Of a stretch of DNA of 64,000 bases, positions 1 to 18,776 are shown piece by piece. The position numbers and the translations under genes were made by a program. The stretch spans positions 9,982,001 through 10,046,000 of the forward strand of contig NC_135250.1 in the NCBI RefSeq assembly GCF_964204865.1. Reading direction: 5' to 3'. The DNA is from Styela clava. Lineage: Eukaryota. Every line of letters begins with the position of its first letter. Position 1 is the first letter of the stretch. The notes below the pieces were generated by a model that saw only the letters and a program-made list of their open reading frames with translations, made no database searches and was not told where the DNA came from.

Positions 1-2631
1 AGACGACGCTATTTTTGATCCTGCTTGGCCTCACCTTGAGCTCGTATACCAGTATTTCCTTCATTTTTTAGAAGCGAATGATTTTCAACCAAGCATCGCA
101 AAGAAGTATATGGACACCAGGTAAGAATTGACGATTCAACATGCCTTTTTTATTTTATTTTTTTTTGCAAAATTTGGCTCGTGGGTTTAGCGCATCGTGC
201 TGAGCGTTAGAAATACGCGCCACCGCACTTCTGATTAGGCTACCTTTCGTGGGTTCGCAGGTTCGAATCCCATGCGGGGATAGTTATGTGCGAGAGGATT
301 GCTGGACTCCTCGCCGCCGTAGGGTGGTTCACGTAACCGCTAGTCGGCTGCGGCTTTCTTCACCATCAAGTCCATGTATTCGAAAACAAATAACTGGCTA
401 ACTAATCCCATACCCAACAAGGACTGAATAAATATGTAAATCCTATCCTTTCAGACGCGGGTTAAAATTGCTAAATGATTCCGTTCTAATTAAGATTTGT
501 CACAAGACTGCTCTATGTGTTTGGAAGTGACGATATGCGAGAGAGGGATATACTGAAAACAATCTTACATCGTGTTTATGGAAAGTTTCTGGGACTTCGG
601 GCGACTGTCAGAAGACAAATTAACAACATATTCCTCGCGTATCTATATGATGGACAAGAGTTTACAGGAGTTGCTGAAATCTTGGAAATTCTTGGTAGTA
701 TTATCAATGGATACGTAAGCCCGATGAAGCCAGAACATCATTTATTTTTGGATAAAATTTTGATTCCCCTTCATTCGTCGAAAGACATGGCTTTCTTTCA
801 ACCTCAATTGGTTTATTGTGTCGTTCAATACATGGAAAAAGATCCTAAGACGGCTGCGAATATTTTAAAAGTAGGTGTGCTTACCATTTTGTAAGAAAAT
901 TGCCTTTCTATGTATATTAAAGTATACTTGTCATTACATATAGGATAGGATTTACATATTTATTCCGGGGAAGAGGGAAGCCGATAAGATGGTTTATGCA
1001 TAAGGCGATGAGTCAGTCTATGGACTTGACTTGATGGTGGAGGAAGGCGTAACCGATCAGCGGTTACGTGAACCACCCTACGGCGTCTAGAAGTCCAGCA
1101 ATCCTCTCGCACATAACTTCCCCGCATTCGATTCGAATCTGGGAACTCACGCAGTGTAATTAGCGGTGGCGAGCGTATTATTAACGCTTTGCACGATGCG
1201 CCACACCGCCTATACATAACACTCAATGTACGAAGTAAACTGCGCTGATTCAAATGCCGAGCATAACATAATAGAGATAGAGTTTCTCAACTATCTATGT
1301 AATTCAATTTCAGGGTTTGTTCAAATTTTGGCCAAAAACTTGCAGCACCAAAGAAGTTTTATTTCTCGGCGAATTGGAAGAATTAATTGATGCAATGCAA
1401 CCTGGTGAATTCACAAAAAACCAAAATCTGATACTAAAACAGCTGTCAAAATGCATCACGAGCCATCATTTCCAGGTCTTGTTTATTGTTATTATCTCGA
1501 AGCATAGTGACATATATATATTTAGAGCTTGGCTGAAAGCTATAGGAATCAGCGACCGTTTCTCGTGAGACATGAATTAGTTTAAGTGAATAGAATTTTA
1601 CAATGCAAAAGAATTTTTGACTCATTGTAGATTCTTAGATTGCGATTTCCTATTGATCAAAATAATATCTGCCTGAACAAAAATGACATCACCAAATCCT
1701 ATTCACCAATGAGAATACTATGTTCTAAATATATATACTGTACCTATAAGTTTACGTACGCTACGTCTGCGAGGTAGCCTACTTGATATATATATATAAT
1801 TATTTTGAAATAAACCTTCTATCCTCAAAGAACACTATCGACCAATTATTATGCCTAATAAGGCAAAATTGTGATTTGATTTTGAATAAATATAGCAAAA
1901 TCACTTCTAGGCTATGATTTCCCGCTGTTTAGCACTTAACAATATTTTCGGGGGGGAAATGACCGTGCGAAATATCGCTTGAATCGGAGAGATCAACTAG
2001 AAAATATATAACCTAATTCAGCTTTGGTTGCCATGTAGCCTCCCTGGCCCCAGTGGTTATGAGATTCACGATCTCATCGGAGGGTTACGGATTCGATATC
2101 TCAAGCAAAGACGCTTTTTATTCACGTCCCTCAAATCAATAAAAGAGTACCGCCGTTGTAGTTGTGAAAAGATTCAGATAATAAATTTATTTAATTCAGG
2201 CAAATATTGGATCCTATTCTGCAACGATCATATATTTGATTGGTATCAAATTGAGTGTAATCCACAAAAATATCACAAGCTCTGCTTTATATCTAAAATC
2301 TGACATAAAATCCCAAGTAATACCTGCATACATCCATTTTCAGGTTGCCGAACGGTCATTATATTTCTTTGATAATGAGTATATTATGAGCCTGGTGGAA
2401 GTAAATGCAGACGAATGTTTTCCTTTGGTATTGCATTGTCTCAAATCTATTTCTCTGGAGCATTGGAACATGTCTATATCGACGTTAGCTGCTACTGTAC
2501 TCCAGACTTTTAAAGATTCAAATCCGGACGTTTTTTATAAAGTGCTCGGCCTACCGCGCCCTCCACCTAAGCCAAGATCGATTGCACAATCCATGTGGAT
2601 GAAGGCGGCGGGATTAAGCCGCAAAGCTTGA
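1..2631 (+). CDS. PPP2R5: Serine/threonine protein phosphatase 2A regulatory subunit B' (B56/PPP2R5 family), divergent paralog; 5' end lies outside the window. Exons <1-120, 495-870, 1314-1475, 2344-2631
   Basis: The spliced translation gives B56 hallmarks: [109 protein letters not shown] and HWN. All introns are GT-AG with consistent phases (2, 0, 0). Stop TGA at 2629-2631. Confidence 0.95.
176..450 (+). mobile_element. tRNA-derived SINE, copy A, in a B56 intron
   Basis: tRNA-like head with Pol III B-box GGTTCGAATCCC (~260-271) and 3' tail AATAAATATGTAAATCCTATCCT. The same family recurs inverted at 941-1210 and 5237-5509. Confidence 0.8.
941..1210 (-). mobile_element. tRNA-derived SINE, copy B, inverted relative to copy A
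   Basis: The reverse complement shares long blocks with 176-450 (gttatgtgcgagaggattgctggact, ccgtagggtggttcacgtaaccgct, caccatcaagtc) and the same AATAAATATGTAAATCCTATCCTA tail. Confidence 0.8.
2041..2105 (+). other. Degenerate tRNA-like / SINE-head remnant
   Basis: tccctggccccagtggttatgagattcacgatctcatcggagggttacggattcgat loosely follows the eukaryotic tRNA-Glu(CTC) pattern (TCCCTGG..AGTGGTTA.GATTC..CTCTCA..GGTTCGAT). The stems do not close properly. Confidence 0.3.
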
Positions 2632-2743
2632 ATATATTTCTTTTCGTAAAGTTGTTGAATTAAAATCGAAATATGAAAATTTCTATTGATATTTCTAATA
2701 ATTGAAGGTAAATTGAAAAATGAAGGCTTAAGGAAACATATTG

Positions 2744-2749
2744 AATAAA
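2744..2749 (+). terminator. Candidate polyadenylation signal of the B56 gene
   Basis: AATAAA ~110 nt after the stop codon. It is retained in the duplicate (~6985). Confidence 0.45.
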
Positions 2750-2765
2750 AGAGAGCGATATTTGA

Positions 2766-3102
2766 TTATTTGGACACGAAGACAAAACGAAGTAGTACTG
2801 GTATGCAATCGGTCACAGTAGACTGCCGGTACCGCAGCCTTCACGATTGCGCAATTTTTGATGACGTCATCGCACACAAAAAAACGTATCCCATAGAGCC
2901 CACAGAAATTTTTTGAAATAAATAAAAGTAATAGCCTTCTAAGGAAAAATACAATCTTTAACCACTGAATATTTCAAAGCAATTGGTCCAGTAGAGAGTA
3001 GATAATGAGAAAAGAATTTTTCATAACAATAGGAAGAAAAATACCAACAAGAACAACAACATAATAACGAGACAACCCATATGTACACTTAGTGTCCAAT
3101 AA
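2766..3102. mobile_element. Non-autonomous element with ~15-bp inverted ends (MITE or Helentron-associated HINE/DINE-like); duplicated at 7007-7343
   Basis: ttatttggacacgaag (2766-2781) is the inverted counterpart of cttagtgtccaataa (3088-3102). There is an (AAC)n-rich tract near the 3' end and an internal aatatttcaaagcaattggtccagtag block. Confidence 0.55.
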
Positions 3103-3668
3103 CTTGCACTGTTCCACAAATAATATTGTTCAATTTAATTAGGATTTAAGAGAAAATGTTTGCATTACAGAAAAAATTCCTGCCCGTTGGAGGTTATTTA
3201 TTTCATTGGTTTAAATGAATTTTGTGCAACAAAAAACACACAAACTACAGAAAAGTTAGATGAAACTATATAACAGCAATGACAGTCCCAGTTACACCAA
3301 AAATATAATTCAGGTGTATAATATTATGAAAATCAATGCAAAAAAGGAACTCAAGTATTAAACAATAATTATGTTCAGTCTGAATTATTGGATTGAAAAA
3401 TAATATTAGTTCGGATATTTTTATTGTAAATTTACTAAAAAATAACACGCGGTGCAACGTTATGAGTCTATGACATTATCAAATGATAAGTTGTACTGCT
3501 CCCAAACTCGAGAATGTACAAGTTATAGCTCACAGTGCAAGGTCGCGGTACTGGAGTCGACTTCAAATGTTTATCAACTTGGAGAGACGGAGTCATAATT
3601 CTGTCAATCCAAGCTGGGAATCGGATTTTGTACGAGTCTTGCTATTTTTATTATGATTTCTTCGTCCA

Positions 3669-4269
3669 TCAACCAATGTTACATACGCCAGGTAGTATTG
3701 GTGTGATGTGAACGTTTCGACTGAAAAGAATAACACATGTAATACTAACTGTTCAAATATTTCTTATTCTGTAATCGAAGAATAGTATGAATATTTTTTC
3801 GAAACTTTAAGGAATGATAGATTATCATTTATAGCGATACAAACGGTAATTTGAAGCCTTATATCAAAAGTCATGATATCCGAAAACAAAGCTATTCAGC
3901 AATGTCGTGGATAGAGAAGGTACTATTTACAACAATGAATTTCAAGAAAAGGATTTTAACATATTACTAAAACTATGCATCCCACTACTCCGGGTTTGTA
4001 ACGTTATGTTGTCTAACAGAATATCTGCTTTCCAAGTATTAGATGAGAAGAATAAATCCAGGTGGTTCATACATACCATTTCATTACGCAATGAAGATTA
4101 TTCAAGCGTGTCTCAGCGTCAATTAAATCTGTTGTTTTTTTACTGCTCCATAATCTCTCGGCTGCAGCTGAAGCTAAAGGCCAGATTTCGGTAATGACGT
4201 TGTTCGCTTCAACATGCTCTGTCCACATGCAAGACTCCCCTCCCAAGACATGATGGAGATTCTTTTGTT
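3669..4269 (-). pseudogene. Duplicated last two exons of the beta-hexosaminidase (exon 13' 4077-4269, exon 14' 3669-3720); orphan copy or alternative 3' end
   Basis: Encodes GGESCMWTEHVEANNVITEIWPLASAAAERLWS...CRNVHITPILPGVCNIG*, identical in protein to 8314-8506 / 7910-7961. Splice sites are intact, and the 4 nucleotide differences are all synonymous. Confidence 0.85.
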
Positions 4270-5236
4270 CTGGGATTGTATAGGAAGCAATATTTTATAC
4301 ATATGAAATATTTCTTGCACGTTTCGAAGAGTTTAGCACCCATTATAACTTTGCTTCTTACAACGACTGCCAATTGGCCAACTGCCGATAGCCATAAGTC
4401 AGTAGATATGTTATCGAATATTCAATGGACAACTGCGCAAAATAAGAAAATGATTATATATGATATAAACAGAGTGACACCCCCAAACCAGAATCCATAA
4501 ATTTCTCAATTACTATTACGAAAATGAAGAACATTTATTGGGTACGAAACGGGCCTATAGATTGTTCAGTTAATATGTTGTTGTTGTTCTACTTCGACCA
4601 AAACTGTTTCTTTACAACCACAGTGAATATTATTTTCGTACACACAGCCTTGGTAACACTTGGTCTTTATTGGGTGGATAACATGAACCTGTGATCCCGT
4701 GAATGCACTAACACAGTGGTTCGCAAACTTCTTTGTATTGTGAGTGACGTCCCTCAAGAATAATTCTCAAGTTGCGACTCTCTGTGAAAAACGTCTCGAT
4801 ATTTTTTAATAAAAGACCTTTTTTTGCATTGAGTTTCATTTGAACGACCAAAGTCAGTGAAATCACTTTCAATGATATGGTTTGTATTTGCTTCTTTTGT
4901 CATTGGACCTAGGGGTGAATAGTGAGAGCCGCACGCATTTCTCTTTCAACATTTACCCAACATCGATATTTCGTCCTAATTACGGCCATGGTAGTATTAT
5001 CAATGGATACGTAAGCCCGATGAAGCCAGAACATCATTTATTTTTGGATAAAATTTTGATTCCCCTTCATTCGTCGAAAGACATGGCTTTCTTTCAACCT
5101 CAATTGGTTTATTGTGTCGTTCAATACATGGAAAAAGATCCTAAGACGGCTGCGAGTATTTTAAAAGTAGGTGTGCTTACCATTTTGTAAGAAAATTGCC
5201 TTTCTATGTATATTAAAGTATAATTGTCATTACATA

Positions 5237-5509
5237 TAGGATAGGATTTACATATTTATTCCGGGGGAAAGGGAAGCCGATAAGACGGCTTAATCATAAG
5301 GCGATGAGTCAGTCCATGGACTTGATGGTGTGGAGGAAGGCGTAACCGACCAGCGGTTACGTGAACCAACCTACGGCGTCTATGGAAGTCCAGCAATCCT
5401 CTCGCACACAACTTCCCCGCATGGGATTCGAATCTGCGAACTCACGCAGTGTAATAAGAGGTACGGTGGCGAGCGTATTCCTAACGCTTTGCACGATGCC
5501 CCATACCCC
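5237..5509 (-). mobile_element. tRNA-derived SINE, copy B', in duplication unit 2
   Basis: Positional equivalent of 941-1210, with the same head, core and tail. Confidence 0.8.
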
Positions 5510-6241
5510 ATATATTTAACATTCAATGTGCGAAGTAAACTGCGCTGATTCAAATGTCGAGCATAACATAATAGAGATAGAGTTTCTCAACTATCTATGT
5601 AATTCAATTTCAGGGTTTGTTCAAATTTTGGCCAAAAACTTGCAGCACCAAAGAAGTTTTATTTCTCGGCGAATTGGAAGAATTAATTGATGCAATGCAA
5701 CCTGGTGAATTCACAAAAAACCAAAATCTGATACTAAAACAGCTGTCAAAATGCATCACGAGCCATCATTTCCAGGTCTTGTTTATTGTTATTATCCCGA
5801 AGCATAGTGACATATATATATTTAGAGCTTGGCTGAAAGCTATAGGTATCAGCGACCGTTTCTCGTGAGACATGAATTAGTTTAAGTGAATAGAATTTTA
5901 CAATGCAAAAGAATTTTTGACTCATTGTAGATTCTTAGATTGCGATTTCCTATTGATCAAAATAATATCTGCCTGAACAAAAATGACATCACCAAATCCT
6001 ATTTACCAATGAGAATACTATGTTCTAAATATATATACTGTACCTATAAGTTTACGTACGCTACGTCTGCGAGGTAGCCTACTTGATATATATATATAAT
6101 TATTTTGAAATAAACCTTCTATCCTCAAAGAACACTATCGACCAATTATTATACCTAATAAGGCAAAATTGTGATTTGATTTCGAATAAATATCACTTCT
6201 AGGCTATGATTTCCCGCTGTTTAGCACTTAACAATATTTTC

Positions 6242-6264
6242 GGGGGGGGGGGGGGGGGGGGGGG
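6242..6264 (+). repeat. Poly-G tract (G23)
   Basis: 23 consecutive G. The paralogous site in unit 1 (1950-1956) has G7. Confidence 0.9.
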
Positions 6265-7909
6265 TAATGACCGTGCGAAATATCGCTTGAATCGGAGAGA
6301 TGAGATTCACGATCTCATCGGAGGGTTACGGATTCGATATCTCAAGCAAAGACGCTTTTTATTCACGTCCCTCAAATCAATAAAAGAGTACCGCCGTTGT
6401 AGTTGTGAAAAGATTCAGATAATAAATTTATTTAATTCAGGCAAATATTGGATCCTATTCTGCAACTATCAAATATTTGATTGGTATCAAATTGAGTGTA
6501 ATCCACAAAAATATCACAAGCTCTGCTTTATATCTAAAATCTGACATAAAATCCCAAGTAATACCTGCATACATCCATTTTCAGGTTGCCGAACGGTCAT
6601 TATATTTCTTTGATAATGAGTATATTATGAGCCTGGTGGAAGTAAATGCAGACGAATGTTTTCCTTTGGTATTGTATTGTCTCAAATCTATTTCTCTGAA
6701 GCATTGGAACATATCTATATCGACGTTAGCTGCTACTGTACTCCAGACTTTTGAAGATTCAAATCCGGACGTTTTCTATAAAGTGCTCGGCCTACCGCGC
6801 CCTCCACCTAAGCCGAGATCGATTGCAAAATCCATGTGGATGAAGGCGGCGGGATTGAGCCGCAAAGCTTGAATACATTTCTTTTCGTAAAGTTGTTGAA
6901 TTAAAATAGAAATATGAAAATTTCTATTGATATTTCTAATAATTGAAGGTAAATTGAAAAATGAAGGCTTAAGGAAACATATTGAATAAAAGAGAGCGAT
7001 ATTCGATTATTTGGACACGAAAACAAAACGAAGTAGTACTGGTATGCAATCGGTCACAGTAGACTGCCGGTACCGCAGCCTTCACGATTGCGCAATTTTT
7101 GATGACGTCATCGCACACAAAAAAACGTATCCCATAGAGCCCACAGAAATTTTTTGAAATAAATAAAAGTAATAGCCCTCTAAGGAAAAATACAATCTTT
7201 AACCACTGAATATTTCAAAGCAATTGGTCCAGTAGAGAGTAGATAATGAGAAAAGAATTTTTCATAACAATAGGAAGAAAAATACCAACAAGAACAACAA
7301 CATAATAACGAGACAACCCATATGTACACTTAGTGTCCAATAACTTGCACTGTTCCACAAATAATATTGTTCAATTTAATTAGGATTTAAAAGAAAATGT
7401 TTGCATTACAGAAAAAATTCCTGCCCGTTGGAGGTTATTTATTTCATTGGTTTAAATGAATTTTGTGCAACAAAAAACACACAAACTACAGAAAAGTTAG
7501 ATGAAACTATATAACAGCAATGACGGTCCCAGTTACACCAAAAATATATTTCAGGTGTATAATATTATGAAAATCAATGCAAAAAAGGAACTCAAGTATT
7601 AAACAATAATTATGTTCAGTCTGAATTATTGTATTGAAAAATAATATTAGTTCGGATTTTTTTATTGTAAATTTACCAAAAAATAACACGCGGTGCAACA
7701 TTATGAGTCTATGACATTATCAAATGATAAGTTGTATTGCTCCCAAACTCGAGAATGTACAACTTATAGCTCACAGTGCAAGGCCGCGGTACTGGAGTCG
7801 ACTTCAAATGTTTATCAACTTGGAGAGACGGAGTCATAATTCTGTTAATCCAAGCTGGGAATCGGATTTTGTACGAGTCTTGCTATTTTTATTATGATTT
7901 CTTCGTCCA

Positions 7910-15811
<7,902 letters not shown>

Positions 15812-15901
15812 ATCATTACGCTGCTACCCCTTGCCCCGTTTTTAAATAAGCGTTTTCACGTTTTTCAGACACCGTGCCGTCGAATAATAGCCCAAGGCAA
15901 A

Positions 15902-15913
15902 GTTTATATAAAC
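15902..15913. promoter_or_regulatory. Palindromic TATA-like element upstream of the hexosaminidase start
   Basis: GTTTATATAAAC is a perfect palindrome (TATAAA on both strands), ~90 bp upstream of the Hex ATG in the divergent Hex/GPCR intergenic region. Confidence 0.35.
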
Positions 15914-18776
15914 AGTGAACTTACACCCGCTTCTAATATGACATACTTTTTTAAAACAACTGCAGAAGAGATGAATAATATAACAAAATTATTCATCATA
16001 AATAATACATTGTTTGGAATATGAGTTCATTGAAATATCTGGCAACTACTTTCATGATTGTGCTTGAGAAATACTGATCATTCCAAATGTGGGAATACTT
16101 TCGTAGTTGCTTTTATGTTCGAGACAACATGTCGAATTTAACTGGTAAAATTATAATTCATCTAAATGTTTAAAATTGAGATTACCTTGGTATAATGTAG
16201 GTAATAATGTTCATCTGATGGATTTTAGCTAACTGAAGGGCAGAATGCAAAAACTCGCGAAAGATTAATATTAATACTTACTCGAAAAATATTTCTGCTC
16301 TGTTACAAACAGACTGAGTATTTTAACTGTTACCTTGTATCGACTACCAGAAATGTATGTAATCAATGATTTCAATACAATGATCCATATATTTTAGGCA
16401 CCCATATGGATAATACCCTATTTTACAACAACATCTCAAGAGCATATACGTCTATACTTGGGAGAAAATGCATCAATAAAGAAGACTTACGTAGGCAAAA
16501 GATATTGGATACATAAAGAGATAACACTTGCTGAAACATACATTGGGTGTACATGTGAGTGGCTGGGTAGACGAATTATGTGACTAACATAATGAAATTG
16601 AGACAAATGGTTACTCAGATTGTTGGTGCACGGAGTCGTTTTTTGTTGTTGTTGAAACATGCGACTACTGGGCATAGCAGGTTTTTATTTTCTTCGAATA
16701 ACATAATATATAGTTCGGCTTTTTATTATTGTTTTCTCCTTTATGGGTGCCGCTGCTCGATAACCATATTTGGTTTCCCGCAGTTCCCCTCACCCTGAAA
16801 TGCTTTTTCATTATTTATTGCATTTTGAATATCAAGTATGGTAAAGTATGCTTTCAGTATGGTGAGAAAATAAACTACTGATTACCGATAGATATATACT
16901 GCCATAAATATATATACTCGAACATTTACTGCCGTGTCTGTTTGTTTTGCTTATTTTTCAAATAATCCTCATTTCATCATGGAAAATTATTTAGTATGGC
17001 GTAAAATAACCTATTGATTACAGTCAATAATGATTATCACATATCATATTACTTGTGCACACAGTCATCAGTGAGCAGGAATCTAATACGCAATCGACAA
17101 AGATCTATTGCTCACCTTTAATATTATTGATTATATTACTTATAGCTTTTATTAGTATGGTTTTCAGGGCCGCTTTAGACGGTGGGATAACCTAGACCAG
17201 ACTATTCCATTCGCGCGGATCCTCTCACAGTGACGCAATAAAATCTTATATAAAATTTATTATGACGTTTTTATGAATTTTATAGACGAATAATATATGT
17301 CTGGCACCAGAAAACATAAAAAACATAAATTGAATTAATATTATTCTTTTAAATAAACAGGTGTACGATAAATAAGATCCTCGAATAAATATGTATACCG
17401 GTATATATATATGATTCTTAGATTCGTTGTTGTGAAGGAGAAAAATTAATTATACTTATTATTGTTTCCTTTTTAAAAAAATGATTTAAATTTTGATATT
17501 TTCTGCTTATGTTTTATTATTTTTTTGATAATCACATTCTTGATGAAAATTCACGAAATTTAGCATTAAATCGTTGTTGAATTTGGAAACAAAAACCGCA
17601 AGAAGTGCTTATATCAGGGAGGTTTGAAAATTATCTAATACATTTTTTACGCTGATCAAAGCTTTGAATATCACAAAAAGCTGACCCTCTGTGGCCTATT
17701 TCTGCAAAGCCAATATTGCGTCTCTCGGGCTGTGTGAGAAGAGAAATATCGTGAAGTGCGGATGGAGAAAGACGTGTCAAAGTATTAGCAAAAAAAAACG
17801 TAAATATGAATTAAAGCAAAGCCCAGACCGTTAATACACTAGGTTGCGTTTATTTTTTTATTCTACCGTACTACAACCTATGTGAAGTTCTAATAAAGTA
17901 CATTTGGAATTAGGGTATAGCAATTCGAGAGCAATTGGTTGAACAAACGTGCACAATGTTGATGCGATTATTTTTCTCCCATCGGCCAATGTTTCGTGCT
18001 GTTGATAAATTTATTTCATGAGCGTATATATACTGCCGTCGTCAGCAGAATACATGCAGATCGGGCTGTGTTTCGCATAAAAAGTGTTATCTTTAGCGTA
18101 TGTCAAGCCTATATCAATGTAAGTGATGAATGATGTTGAAAATTAGACTTCTGTAGATAAAAACGTGTCATGTAAGTAGAATATTTCGATACTATCTCTT
18201 ATTTTTACAATGAGAAATGGATGAGCAAAGATTAGTGTATCACGATAGAGTGATGTTCCTAGGCTATAGATATGTTCCAACTATACAAGTCATTAAAACA
18301 ATCAAATTATGATGTATGGGATCGATCGCTCCACCGCAAAGAGGAAAGATCGGTCGTAAGGTGCGGGCGGGGAATAAAGGCTCGCCCGCCAGTCACTACG
18401 TGATTTTATTTTGAAAGGAAAGAGAAAGCGAGAGTGGTGCAGCGTCGACTGTTGACATCTCGTTCCAGTTCGTGGGAAACAGCAGCTTTGCACAAATATC
18501 GAAATTTTAATATAATGTAGAACAAGATTTTCTGGCAACGTATATTCTGAACGACATGCAATCGTTAGCGGCTTAAATTGAAAACACACATTGCATATTC
18601 GGCATGTAACGATTTGCTTTTGTAGCGTTCAGTGTCTCGTCGAAAATATGTACCATTTATTTTTATTATGTTTGCACAGGGAATAAATCCGTCTAAAAGT
18701 AAATTTACGGTTATACCATAAAACAAAATTACAGAGGCGATTCACCGGTATGCTAAAGAATTAGGGCTGGCTGAAA

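Larger units (their letters stand above)
693..4988. repeat. Tandem segmental duplication, unit 1 (~4.3 kb)
   Basis: Near-identical to 4989-9262 along its length. Starts inside B56 exon 495-870 at TGGTAGTATTATCAATGG and ends at ...TTACGGCCA(TGG). Confidence 0.95.
4989..6872 (+). pseudogene. Duplicated 3' part of the B56 gene (truncated exon 4989-5166, exons 5614-5775 and 6585-6872); 5'-truncated copy or alternative 3' end
   Basis: Open reading frames and GT-AG sites are intact. The first exon lacks its native acceptor because the breakpoint is intra-exonic. There are 6 amino-acid differences from the parental copy. Confidence 0.85.

Noticed and set aside
176-300. Possible functional tRNA gene (GGTTCGAATCCC B-box)
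   Set aside because: It is too long between the A- and B-box regions, has no clean cloverleaf, and continues into a shared body and tail found in other copies. It is a SINE head.
960-1253. 97-aa minus-strand ORF (and the 72-aa ORF at 5330-5548)
   Set aside because: Both lie within SINE copies, have no protein-family resemblance, and are not conserved between the two duplicate units.
3907-4500. Plus-strand ORFs repeated in both duplication units (3907-4194 / 8146-8331, 4276-4500 / 8540-8737)
   Set aside because: They are antisense to Hex exons or introns. The recurrence is explained by the duplication, and one pair is frameshifted.
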